The translations under genes were made by a program, and so were the position numbers. Of a DNA stretch of 64,000 bases, positions 9,252 to 19,888 are shown piece after piece. Origin of the DNA: a virus (Duplodnaviria > Caudoviricetes); IMG/VR virus record IMGVR_UViG_2889931527_000001. One strand, 5' to 3'. The notes under the pieces were generated by a model. That model was not told where the DNA came from and made no database searches. It saw only the letters and a program-made list of their open reading frames with translations. Every line of letters starts with the position of its first letter. Within the stretch, counting starts at the first letter, position 1.

Positions 9252-10223
9252 ATGGCAGTGAAACAAAATGGTATCGTCGCAAAAGCCGCACAGCAAAACA
9301 CAGCGGTTGCAGAACACAAGCCCAAAGCCACGATCACAACAATGATGAACTCTTTGCTTGACAGCGAAGGTTATCGCAGACGATTTGATGAACTGCTTGG
9401 CAAGCGTGCGCCGCAGTTTGTCGCAAGCATCATTTCTCTTGTTAATGCTGATAAGAACTTGCAGGCGGCTTTCCAGCAAGCGCCTATTACAATTATTCAA
9501 TCTGCCCTTAAAGCAGCCACCTATGATCTTCCGATTGACCCTGCTCTCGGATATGCCTACATTGTTCCGTTCAACAACAGCATCAAGCAAGAGAATGGCA
9601 GCTATAAAAAGCGCATGGAAGCATCCTTTATTCTTGGATGGAAAGGCATGAACCAGCTTGCAATCCGTACCGGCGTATATCAAAAGATCAATGTAACCGA
9701 TGTCCGCGATGGTGAACTGAAAAACTATAACCGCCTTACCGAAGATATTGAAATCGAATGGATTGAAAATGAAGAAGAACGCGAAAAACTTCCTATCACC
9801 GGATGGGTCGGCTACTACCGTCTGATTAACGGCATGGAAAAGACGATCTATATGAGCCGCGAACAGGTTGTTACACATGAAAAGAAAAACCGTAAAGGCC
9901 AGTATATGGGCAAGGGCTGGCGTGAGTCATTTGATGATATGGCAGCAAAAACCGTGTTTCGTAAGCTGATTGGCAAATATGGTGTCATGTCTATTGACTA
10001 TCGCACTGCCACACCGGAAGCTCTCGCTGCCGCTTCTGCCCTGACGGATGATGCAATGGAAAGCATTCCCGAATCTGATTCCCAGTCCAATATTATCCCA
10101 GGTGAATTTTCCGATGTGTCCGAAAATCCCGCTTCCAACACACCCAATGAAGATACTTCGGCTACAACTACGCCGGATGTAGAGCAAGTGTCCGAAGATG
10201 ATTTGCCCGATTTCTTGAAGTAA
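9252..10223 (+). CDS. recT: RecT-family single-strand annealing protein
   Basis: LPIDPALGYAYIVPF, GWKGMNQLAIRTG, MAAKTV. Confidence 0.93.
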   Translation: MAVKQNGIVAKAAQQNTAVAEHKPKATITTMMNSLLDSEGYRRRFDELLGKRAPQFVASIISLVNADKNLQAAFQQAPITIIQSALKAATYDLPIDPALGYAYIVPFNNSIKQENGSYKKRMEASFILGWKGMNQLAIRTGVYQKINVTDVRDGELKNYNRLTEDIEIEWIENEEEREKLPITGWVGYYRLINGMEKTIYMSREQVVTHEKKNRKGQYMGKGWRESFDDMAAKTVFRKLIGKYGVMSIDYRTATPEALAAASALTDDAMESIPESDSQSNIIPGEFSDVSENPASNTPNEDTSATTTPDVEQVSEDDLPDFLK

Positions 10224-10277
10224 AATTCTACCTTACGGAATCATAAATTGCATAGGAAATAAGAAAGGAAATGAAAA

Positions 10278-10541
10278 ATGAAACTGAATTTTGATTTTGA
10301 AATGCCTGCAAAAAAGCTTCCTGGCCCTAGAAGCAAATACTTCGGTATCATTACCGATTTCATCAACAGCGGCAAAAAGATCGCTGAAATCGAAGATATT
10401 CCAGATCCCAAAAATTTTTATCCAAGAATTAAATCGTTTGCGAAAAGGCATAAGCTTCCGGTCACAATTCACCAGCGATCCGGTCGGTACTTTATCGAAC
10501 TCGATAAACGCAAGATGCGTAAAACAAAGGATGGAGTTTAA
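10278..10541 (+). CDS. Hypothetical phage protein
   Basis: RBS AAAGGA. Confidence 0.6.
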   Translation: MKLNFDFEMPAKKLPGPRSKYFGIITDFINSGKKIAEIEDIPDPKNFYPRIKSFAKRHKLPVTIHQRSGRYFIELDKRKMRKTKDGV

Positions 10542-10603
10542 CCTTCTTAATCGCATCATTTTGCAAGGCACATGAACTGATGTGCAAGAAAGGAATGGAA
10601 TAA

Positions 10604-11032
10604 ATGTTTGATAAAAACAAAATGCAAATAGAAATCCTAAAAGCCATGCTAGACAAAAATAAACATGTCCGAAAAATAAATATTGATGGGCGCATGGCTC
10701 TTACTCTCGACGGATTCAGTGCATATATTTTTGACGAGAAAGACCTTTTGGTTGATGTTTCAAATGTTGCTGTAACAACAACCATTAAATTTGACTCAAG
10801 CAAAAAAGTCGAAGTTTCCGATACTATGATTCGAAAAATCGAAAACAAAAAAACAATCGTTAAGCTTTCAAGCGCAGATGGTGAACTATCTGTATATGTT
10901 GACAGATCGTTTTTATCAAGGTTTTCGGGATGTTCGTATTATGCCACAAGTCCACTAGAGCCTTTAATTTGTTCTGATGGATTCGGGAATATGGTTGGCA
11001 TTATTATGCCGGTTAGAAATAAAGGCTTTTAA
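10604..11032 (+). CDS. Hypothetical protein
   Basis: RBS; 142 aa. Confidence 0.6.
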   Translation: MFDKNKMQIEILKAMLDKNKHVRKINIDGRMALTLDGFSAYIFDEKDLLVDVSNVAVTTTIKFDSSKKVEVSDTMIRKIENKKTIVKLSSADGELSVYVDRSFLSRFSGCSYYATSPLEPLICSDGFGNMVGIIMPVRNKGF

Positions 11033-11046
11033 GGAGGACATTTGAT

Positions 11047-11454
11047 ATGCTCAACTGCATCATATTGCAAGGCCGTCTGGGCGACACACCAGAACTGCGT
11101 CACACTCAAACAGGCACACCGGTAGCAACATCCACGCTGGCAGTCAGCCGCAATCGCAAAAACCCGAATGGCGAATATCCAACAGACTGGATTGAGTTGG
11201 TATTCTGGGGTAAAACCGCGGAGCACGCTTCCCGCTGGTTTAACAAAGGCGATATGGCCGTTGTCCGTGGTCGTCTTGAATCCCGTGACTGGGAGGACAA
11301 AAATGGTAACAAACGCCGATCTTGGGAAGTACAGGTGGAAACCATTGATTTCTGTGGAAGCAAAAACGAAAACAAAGCTGCTACTAGATCATATAATGTC
11401 GAATCCAACGACTTCACCGAACTAAGCGAATCGGACGATGATGTCCCGTTCTGA
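11047..11454 (+). CDS. ssb: Single-stranded DNA-binding protein
   Basis: OB-fold motifs and acidic DDDVPF tail. Confidence 0.96.
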   Translation: MLNCIILQGRLGDTPELRHTQTGTPVATSTLAVSRNRKNPNGEYPTDWIELVFWGKTAEHASRWFNKGDMAVVRGRLESRDWEDKNGNKRRSWEVQVETIDFCGSKNENKAATRSYNVESNDFTELSESDDDVPF

Positions 11455-11498
11455 TGGAATTTTGAAAGTTTACAGCACAGCATTGAAACGGTGATAAA

Positions 11499-12311
11499 AT
11501 GCTTGAAAATGGATACATAAAGACATTTAGGGCATTAAAACGCTGGGGATGGTACAAGGATGTGCCTACCTGCAAACTGTGGTTACACATCCTTCTCAGC
11601 GCAAATTATGAGCCTTGCATGTTTATGGGAAATGAAATACAAGTCGGCCAAATGGTAACGTCATATGTATCGCTTGCGGAAGGCTCCGGATTGTCTGTAC
11701 AACAGGTAAGAACCGCACTTGCAAAACTCAAGAAAACCGGAGAAATCATAGTGCAAACGAACCGGCATTATACGTTGATAACGGTTCCTAAATACCCTGA
11801 ATATCAACAGACCGATAACAGACCATCAACAGACAATCAACACACCGATAACACACCGATAACAGACAGCCAACAGACCGATAACAGTCAAGTAACAACA
11901 ATGGAAGAAAGCAAGAAAGCAAGAAAGCAAGAAAGCAAGAAGAGTAGTAAGGCGGCTACGCCGCCTAGCGCGCCCGCGCGCGAAGAACTCGTTTCCCGCT
12001 TTGGAGAAAATCTTGCTGATGCTGTCGCAGATTGGCTTTCCTACAAGACGGAAAAGCGCGATACTTACGAGCCGACCGGTTTGAAAGCCTTGCTGACGCA
12101 AATTAAAAATCAGGCAGCGCAACATGGAGAACAAGCCGTTGTTGATGTGATACGGCTTTCGATGTCAAACGGCTGGAAGGGAATTATCTGGGACAGGATA
12201 AAGTCTCAGCCTGTCGATCAGCCACAAAGCAACAACCCGTTCTGGGAAATGCTGCGAGAGGAGGAAGCGCGTGAACAGAGCAGATACGATGCGAATTATG
12301 GCAATTATTAA
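11499..12311 (+). CDS. Phage replication initiator (N-terminal wHTH, internal iterons)
   Basis: GYIKTFR...SGLSVQQVRTAL; C-terminal MSNGWKGI. Confidence 0.85.
   Translation: MLENGYIKTFRALKRWGWYKDVPTCKLWLHILLSANYEPCMFMGNEIQVGQMVTSYVSLAEGSGLSVQQVRTALAKLKKTGEIIVQTNRHYTLITVPKYPEYQQTDNRPSTDNQHTDNTPITDSQQTDNSQVTTMEESKKARKQESKKSSKAATPPSAPAREELVSRFGENLADAVADWLSYKTEKRDTYEPTGLKALLTQIKNQAAQHGEQAVVDVIRLSMSNGWKGIIWDRIKSQPVDQPQSNNPFWEMLREEEAREQSRYDANYGNY
11806..11942 (+). repeat. Probable replication origin: seven 11-bp AACASAC-type iterons then AAGAAAGC repeats
   Basis: Direct repeats inside the initiator gene, as in lambda O. Confidence 0.8.
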
Positions 12312-12900
12312 GCAGGTTTACCCGCGATATTATGCCAATCAAACACGAGATGACTTGCAGGTTGCCGTAAACCTATGGACTGACATGTTCAAGGACGATG
12401 AAGGAACGCTTGTTCTCGCAGCTGTGAAAGCTTTTGTGGCAACAGACACGAAGGGTTTCCCTCCGTCAATCGGGCAAATCAAACAGCGTCTTGTACGGCT
12501 CAAAGCACCGGATATGCCGGATGAAGCCGAAGCGTGGAGACAGGTGTGGGACGCTGTGAGAAATTCGGCATACCACGCCAAGGAAGAATTTGAAAAACTG
12601 CATCCTGTCGTGCAACGTGTAGTCGGCAGGCCTGAAATGCTGAAAAGCTGGGCGATGCTTACGCCGGACGAAGTTTTAACCGTTGTTGCGTCAAACTTCC
12701 AGCGGGCTTACCGTGTACGCGCTGCGGACGTTGTAGAGCGAATGGCGCTGCCTGCCGAAATTCAAGAATTGCTGAAAGCAACGGATGTAACCGTGAGCCT
12801 GCCGGAACCGAAAGACCCGGAGGAACAGAAGCGCAAGGCGATTGCGTTGTTACAGGCAGAACGGGACGAATACGCACGTGAGGTTCTTGGCGATGGTTAA
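12271..12900 (+). CDS. Replicative helicase loader/inhibitor (G39P-like)
   Basis: IIKQVYP...LWTDMF...FPPSIGQI; follows the initiator. Confidence 0.8.
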   Translation: MNRADTMRIMAIIKQVYPRYYANQTRDDLQVAVNLWTDMFKDDEGTLVLAAVKAFVATDTKGFPPSIGQIKQRLVRLKAPDMPDEAEAWRQVWDAVRNSAYHAKEEFEKLHPVVQRVVGRPEMLKSWAMLTPDEVLTVVASNFQRAYRVRAADVVERMALPAEIQELLKATDVTVSLPEPKDPEEQKRKAIALLQAERDEYAREVLGDG

Positions 12901-13066
12901 AATTATCATCCGCGGTACGCTGCCGGGGTTAAACGAAATGATCGAAGCGTACAAGCATGGCGCGTGCGAAGGAACACGGCTAAAACGCCGGTCGGAAACC
13001 GTAGTCATGCACGCAGCGCGTCGGTTTGGCAAGTGGAGGGCTGAGAAGCCGGTCTACATGATCTAT
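12893..13066 (+). pseudogene. 5' fragment of a RusA-like Holliday junction resolvase, cut by a mini-IS
   Basis: GTLPGLNEMI N-terminus; the 3' half does not resume after the element. Confidence 0.65.
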
Positions 13067-13236
13067 CAAATAGCGGCGTAAAACCCCTTCCTTCAGGTAT
13101 GGGGATATAAGCCGCCTCAATGTGGTAGGGCGGGACACGCCCAAACCTATACGCTCGGGGAGATCGTGTAAGACCTGCTTGCAGGCAATGGTCGCTGAAC
13201 TGAGAATCCCCTGCCTTTAGGCATGGGGAGTGTCAA
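13067..13236 (+). mobile_element. tnpB-less IS200/IS605 mini-element (left end + omegaRNA scaffold), copy 1
   Basis: After TCTAT; left-end hairpin CCCC..GGGG; 3' part closely similar to the RNA region after tnpB; ends TCAA. Confidence 0.9.
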
Positions 13237-13441
13237 TCATTCCAGACCAACAGTGAAGGAGCGATGAAGATTGAGTATCAAAGTCGGAACAAAAGTATCT
13301 GTCAAAGGAGAGTTTGGACGCATATCTGGCACTGTGATTGCTACTCCTGTCGGAAAAAATAAACGCATGGCAATCGTCAAAACAGATGCCGGATTTAACA
13401 CAACAATTCGAATCGATAATCGCGGAAATGTGGTGGATTGA

Positions 13442-15004
13442 ATGTTTGGAGTTCAGTTTTACCCTACCCCGTCGCAATTGGCAGCCCGAATGCTGGACAA
13501 GGTAGATTGGAGCAAGGTGCAGTTCGCACTTGAACCGTCTGCTGGTAAAGGCGATCTCGCAATGGGCATAAGAAATCGGATGAAGCAGGAAAAGAAGCCG
13601 TTTCAACTGGATTGCGTAGAGATCGACCCGGACTTGCGTGCGGTGCTGCGGGAGCGCGGTTTTGCGGTCGTGGAAAATGATTTCCTGAAATGGGACGCAC
13701 AAACGCGGTACGACGTGATTGTGATGAATCCACCGTTCCGGGATGGCGATAAGCACCTGATGCACGCGCTCGAACTGATGAAGCATGGCGGGCAAATCGT
13801 TTGCTTACTTAATGAATCAACGATTCGGAACGCAGAATCGCCGCTACGCAGGTCAATGGTAAAATTACTCGCCGAATATCAAACGACGATAGAGAGCGTC
13901 TCAGGGGCATTTATGGATGCCGAGCGAAAAACAGATGTTGATGTTGCTTTGGTGTATGTGGACATCCCGAAGGAAGCTGAAAAAGAAATCGGACTTGATG
14001 ATATGCGTGAAGCGGCAGACGTACCAGAGAGCGAAACAGAATGCAACGAATTGGTGGATGCTGACTTTTTCAAGGCCATTGTCCAGAGATACCAGATGGA
14101 AGCGCGCATTGGACTGAAAATGATTGATGGTTTCCAGCGCCTTAACCGGTTTGTCGGAGAAAGAGAAATCATAACAATGCACATAAATGGACCGGCGGAC
14201 GATATGTCAATGAGCATGCAGAACACCTATGTTCGAGAACTGAGAGCGCGGTATTGGAAAACCTTGTTTGAAGCAAAGGAAATGCAAAGCCTTATGACAC
14301 GCGAGGTTCGGGACGCATATCTTGCAAAGCTCAATACATTTCGTGGCCTTGATTTCACGATGGACAATATTCTGCAAGTCAAGATTGAGCTTTCCAAGAC
14401 TCTGATCGGAAATATCGAGGACGCGATTATCAGTATGTTCGATGATCTTACCTATGAGCACAGCATGGGAAAGAACAACAACATTCACTATTACAACGGA
14501 TGGAAAACGAACAAGGCGTGCCGCGTGAACAAGAAAGTGATTGTACCATTCTGGGGATTGTATGATGCTCGCTGGGGCGGCTCATGGAGTACATACAAAG
14601 CCCGTGATTACCTGCTTGAACTCGAAAAAATCCTTGGCTATCTGGACAATGGGCGTACAGATGGCGAGAACTGTGAAAGTGTAATCCGGGAAGCATTTGT
14701 ATCATCCTCCGAGAAATATGACGGTCGAAAACTGCATTGCAAGTTCTTTGATGTGGAGTTTAAGAAAAAAGGCACGGTACATATCTATTTTACGGATGAA
14801 CGCCTGCTCAAAAAGTTCAATCTATTCGCCGGTCGGAAAAAGAACTGGTTGCCTGATTCCTACGGGCAAAAAAGCTATGGTGAAATGTCTGCCGAAGAAC
14901 AGGAAATCGTTAAATCGTTCGAAGGAAAACAATCTTATGAGGACATAGTACAAGGTGCAGCATTTTATATCACAGCGCCAGAACTCTTGATGATTGGAGG
15001 ATGA
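13442..15004 (+). CDS. Amino-methyltransferase with DUF4942-like C-terminus
   Basis: FYPTP, LEPSAGKG, MNPPF motifs. Confidence 0.85.
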   Translation: MFGVQFYPTPSQLAARMLDKVDWSKVQFALEPSAGKGDLAMGIRNRMKQEKKPFQLDCVEIDPDLRAVLRERGFAVVENDFLKWDAQTRYDVIVMNPPFRDGDKHLMHALELMKHGGQIVCLLNESTIRNAESPLRRSMVKLLAEYQTTIESVSGAFMDAERKTDVDVALVYVDIPKEAEKEIGLDDMREAADVPESETECNELVDADFFKAIVQRYQMEARIGLKMIDGFQRLNRFVGEREIITMHINGPADDMSMSMQNTYVRELRARYWKTLFEAKEMQSLMTREVRDAYLAKLNTFRGLDFTMDNILQVKIELSKTLIGNIEDAIISMFDDLTYEHSMGKNNNIHYYNGWKTNKACRVNKKVIVPFWGLYDARWGGSWSTYKARDYLLELEKILGYLDNGRTDGENCESVIREAFVSSSEKYDGRKLHCKFFDVEFKKKGTVHIYFTDERLLKKFNLFAGRKKNWLPDSYGQKSYGEMSAEEQEIVKSFEGKQSYEDIVQGAAFYITAPELLMIGG

Positions 15005-15008
15005 TGCA

Positions 15009-15677
15009 ATGAAAGTGCTCGTTGCTTGTGAAGAATCACAGGCGGTTTGCAAGGCGTTTCGAGCGTTAGGGCACGAGGCGTATTCATGCGATATTCAGGA
15101 GTGTTCAGGCGGGCATCCAGAATGGCATATACAGGGAGATGTGCTGCCGATTCTAAACGGAAGATGTGAATTTAATACGATGGATGGCAAATGTCATAAA
15201 ATTATGGGACGGTGGGATATGATAATTGCTTTCGTTCCATGCACAAAGACGTCAAACGCAGGAGCAAGACATTTATACAAAGGCGGAGTCTTGAACATTC
15301 AGAGATATTATGAAGGGCTTTGCGGCAAGGCTCTTTTCATGGCGGTGTGGATGGCTGACTGCGAAAAAATCGTGATTGAAAACCCAACGCCGAGCAAAAT
15401 TTTCCAATATCCGAAACCGACACAGGCTGTTCAGCCGTACATGTTTGGGCACCCATATACTAAGAAGACTTTGCTTTGGGAAAAAGGAGTAAATCCGTTA
15501 GAACCAACTGACATTGTAGAGCCAGAAAGGACATGGTGCCCGTCTGGAAGTTATTCAAGAAATCACAACGAAAAACATCGTGGAATGTTTACAAAAGACC
15601 GAGCAAAAAACCGCTCTAAAACATTTCCGGGAATCGCCCGTGCTATGGCAGAACAATGGGGAGGTGACGTGCGTTGA
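15009..15677 (+). CDS. Phage C5-cytosine methyltransferase-like protein
   Basis: MKVLVACEES, PC motif, IENP, RSKTFPGIARAMAEQW. Confidence 0.75.
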   Translation: MKVLVACEESQAVCKAFRALGHEAYSCDIQECSGGHPEWHIQGDVLPILNGRCEFNTMDGKCHKIMGRWDMIIAFVPCTKTSNAGARHLYKGGVLNIQRYYEGLCGKALFMAVWMADCEKIVIENPTPSKIFQYPKPTQAVQPYMFGHPYTKKTLLWEKGVNPLEPTDIVEPERTWCPSGSYSRNHNEKHRGMFTKDRAKNRSKTFPGIARAMAEQWGGDVR

Positions 15678-15866
15678 CGCTGATTGAAGAACGCTGCGAA
15701 ATCAAATCGCCATGTGCATCGTGTACGAGAAAAGAACGGTGCAATGTGGGCATTGCGCAATCATGTCCAGCGTTTAAGGAATATGCAAGTACACATGTAT
15801 TGGACAGAAAAAAGGCTGCATACCGGCAGCATTTGAAATGGATGGAGAGGATGTGTGGATTTAAGC

Positions 15867-16301
15867 ATGAATAGTGAAGTTATGTTTTCAAGCAAAACCG
15901 ATATGTGGGAAACACCACAAGACTTTTTCGATGCGCTAGATCAGGAATTCCACTTCACGCTTGATGTATGCGCAACGCCAGAGAATGCGAAGTGCGAACG
16001 GTACTATACGCCGGATGATGATGGGCTGTCGCAACCATGGAATGGTGTTGTGTGGTGCAATCCTCCATATGGCAGGGAAATCGGAAGATGGGTGCTGGCT
16101 GGTTCGATTGCATCCGTGGCACAGAGAACGACGGTGGTAATGCTGCTTCCTGCCCGCACTGATACAAGATGGTTCCATGATTACATACTTGGGAAAGCAG
16201 AAATCCGTTTTATCCGTGGGCGATTGAAGTTTGGAGGAAGCAAAAACAGCGCACCTTTTCCGTCAATGGTAGTGATTTTTAGATGGAATGGTTGCGCATA
16301 A
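15867..16301 (+). CDS. Phage DNA N6-adenine methyltransferase
   Basis: WETPQDFF, WCNPPY, LLPARTDTRWF. Confidence 0.9.
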   Translation: MNSEVMFSSKTDMWETPQDFFDALDQEFHFTLDVCATPENAKCERYYTPDDDGLSQPWNGVVWCNPPYGREIGRWVLAGSIASVAQRTTVVMLLPARTDTRWFHDYILGKAEIRFIRGRLKFGGSKNSAPFPSMVVIFRWNGCA

Positions 16302-16322
16302 AATCCGGGGAGGTTTGGCACA

Positions 16323-16577
16323 GTGGACAAGCTCGACAAGGCCATTGAGCGCTTGAAATTGGCCGCGCAAATGAGCGAAACATATTACCAAAAACCGTTG
16401 ATCGTAACCACGAGCGGCGGGAAAGACAGTGATGTTTGCCTTGCGATTGCAAAAATCGCTGGTATCAATTGTGAGGTACAGCACAATCACACAACAGCAG
16501 ACGCGCCGGAAACCGTGTACCATATCCGCGAAACATTCCGCAAACTGGAATCCGATGGTGGCTGTGTTTCGGCCTAA
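16323..16577 (+). pseudogene. Truncated PAPS-reductase-family protein
   Basis: SGGKDS PP-loop but only 84 aa. Confidence 0.7.
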
Positions 16578-19368
16578 GATGGAGATGCTGGAGGGGATGG
16601 AATGACCTTATACGACATTTTGCGTGCTACAAGATACTGGCAGAGGTTCTGTTGTTACGTAACAAACGCCTATGACCAGAACGTCCCTATAGGATTTGGA
16701 ACACGCAGGGAACTCCTTGACGAGGAGCAGAACGATGAACTCTTTGATTACCTGATGTGCGATGTGGACAGCATCACGGTCGCAAAAGATAAATCGTTGT
16801 TAATCCGGGTGAGGGACGAACACTATAACAAACCGCTGGAAGAACAGTATGAATGCACAGGGGGATGGAAGGTATCAGACCCGAAAACCCGTCCCTTCAA
16901 GTTCAGCAACGAAATGGAGGATTGGGAATATCATGGCTAATCGTGGCGATGTAGTCAGTGTGGATAAGCTGTGGGATGTTTTCGAGCGGGAGCGTGAGAA
17001 AGCCTGGGAGGGTGTGGAAGCCCCCGTGGCTACGCCGGAATGGAACATAGCGGCAGGGAAGATTGATGTCATTAACAATATTTGCGAATCAGTGTACAAC
17101 ATGAACACATGTTCCCGCTCTGACGGGGAAAAAGCGGAAAAGCCCGTATGGAAAGAGGGAAAGAGCATTGTACACTCGGACTATGCAGACGGTACGGCAA
17201 GGACAGAAACACATCACTGGGGGGAATACTGTTGCCCGGCGTGTGGCTGGTTTGTGGGTAGAACGGTTGACGTTTTCGGCAGAAAGCACACACAGGAGAA
17301 GAAGAACTTTTGCGATAGGTGTGGGCAAAAAATCGACTGGGAGGGAATCAAGCGTGAATCGTGAGCTGTTATCCATCGAAGAACTAAACCTAAAGCCAGG
17401 TGAGTACGCAGTCTGCCTTGCAAGGCGAAACCCGTTCTCAGAGTGGTACCCAATGGTGATTAAGCGGGTGCGGAACGGATATGTATCTCCGGTGATGGAG
17501 CAGTATGTCACCGATATTTTTGGGGGATTCCGCATACCAGATTTAAAAAAAGCGAAGGAGGCTAAGCCATGAAGATGTGTAAATGCGAACGCTGCGGGAA
17601 AACGTGGGAATATTCGCCGCTTCAGAATGTGTCATTTCCGGTTGTATACTTGGGGATTGGTATCGAAGCTGATTTGTGCTCAGAATGCCGGAAAGATCTG
17701 CTAAAATGGCTAAATGGCAACGAAAAAACAGGAGAAAAATTCAAACAGGAATTAAGGGAATGGAGGCTTAGCCATGAGCATGACGAGGGATGAAGCAATT
17801 AAGCACCTGCTGCACGATTGGCACATAAATCTTGGATGTGATTTTGCAATAAAGCCGGGCAGGCTGGATGGTTTTTTGGATGCTTTGGATGTTGCCCTCT
17901 CCGCCCTCCGCCACCAGATATGGGAAGAGAAACTATGGCACGACGCTAAGACAGACCCACCCAAGACGCCGGGGCTGTACTATGGGAAAAAGAACGATAC
18001 CAACTCTATGTATCCCTGTTTGTACCGGGACGGCATATGGGTACTGGATGCGTACCCACAGACAAAAATGGACATTGTTAAATGGGCGGATTATACGGCG
18101 TTTGTAAAGGAGGACGATTGAGCATGACGAAGGAAGAAATTATAAAAAAATATGAGATGGTGGTTGAAGGAGGAGAGCTTGTTGCTCCTTTTATGGGTGA
18201 GGACGAAAAGGAAGTTTACGAGATGTTAAAAGCCGGACTTTCCGCCCTCCGCCCAATCACCAGGGAGCAGGTGGCAGAGGTGTGGAAGCCATGCAAAGTT
18301 TGCAATGGAAAAACAACGTTATATCAACACACAAATACCACAAAACTGTTTATGAACACATTTGGAAAAGCAACAACGCTTGTTACTGAGTGCAATGGTT
18401 GTCCGCCATATGCAGATTGTTGCATGAAAGGTATTTCGATGAATTCGGCATTTAGAATCAGCTATTGTCCAGAGTGTGGCCGACCACTTACAGACGAGGC
18501 CGTGGAAACCATTATGAAAAGAATGGAGGAAATGCGGAATGATTAGCCGGGAGCAGGTGGAGAAGGAGTGGAGGGGTGAGTGGATAGGCATACCAAACAT
18601 GGGGGTATACGACATTGCGTGTTCAAAGTGCGGGTATTCCACAGGAATTAGATTTTGGAGTTCTGATTTTTGCCCCAACTGCGGATCTCCCCTTACAGAC
18701 AAGGCCGTGGACATGGTGATGGAGAGATTGGAGGAAATGAAGAATGGATGATAAGTACCCGTTGCTGTTAGGCGTGGTTTTAATCATGAGAGGAAAAGCG
18801 TAAGCTATTAGAACTCATGAATTCAAGTTTGATTCACGCCTTTTCGCCCGATGATTATTACGCTGTTATGGGAGTGTTCAGCAGGATTGTAAACAGATTG
18901 GAGGAATAAGCATGTATGGGAGTTTCATTGATGACTGGAAAACACCAGATGAATACATAAGCCGAAAAGCCGTGATGGAAATGCTTGAAAATGCACAAAT
19001 CATTTCAGACGGAGAAAATTGCGGATATTGCACAGAGGATATTTCAATTAGTTCCATTCCAGCCGCCGAAGTTGCGCCGGTGGTGCATGCAAAATGGAAA
19101 TCTGTATATGGTACACATCGTCCAAGGGTTGCATGTACGAACTGCAAGTACGACGTAAAATCGCAACTCAAATATTATAAGCGTTGCCCGAACTGCGGCG
19201 CAAAAATGGATGGAGGTACACCGTGAGCGAAAATATAGCAAAAGCAATTACAAGCGTGGCGTTATGCGCATGTGCGGCTTATACAGCAGCATGCGAGTAC
19301 GGAGAGATTATGTGCATTTTTGCATTAGCTTTGGTTTGTGCAATTTGGATTGATTAAGGAGGAAAACC

Positions 19369-19888
19369 ATGAAATTCAGAAACCCGAAAACCGGAAAAGT
19401 TTATGACGTGAAATGCAATAACTGCAATGAATCTGGGTTTTGCGCAGATATAGAGTGCAAAAATTGCCCGATAGAAACAAAAACAACAAGATTGTGCTCT
19501 GATTGGGTAAATGCAAATCCGCACGAAGCCGCCCGCCTGATGGGCTATGAAGTCATCGAGGACGAAGAACAGAAAACAGACAAGGACAAGCCCACTCGAG
19601 CATCCATCCTTGACGAAGCGAAGCGCTGTGTGTGCGGCCAGCGCGAACAGGACTATGGAAAAGCGGAGGACAATTTCAGTCTGATCGCCAGCCTGTGGGA
19701 ACCATACATCCGTACACGGTGCGTGAGTGATGGCGCAGATGTATGCATCATGCCGGAGGACGTTGCTATGCTCATGGCGTTGCTCAAAATCGCTCGGATT
19801 TGCAGCGGTACAGGGACACAGGACAGTTTTGTAGATTTGGCCGGGTTATGCTGCATGCGGCGGCGAGATTGCAGGAGGTAAGGCATGA
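19369..19888 (+). pseudogene. DUF6378-like protein with a 1-nt frameshift near the C-terminus
   Basis: REQDYG..DNF..IA.LW..KIAR..DLAG; the expected YAACGGE follows in another frame after GCCGGGTTAT. Confidence 0.65.

Noticed and set aside
10545-10575. LLNRIILQG resembling the SSB start
   Set aside because: Short remnant of a duplicated ssb 5' end; not a functional gene
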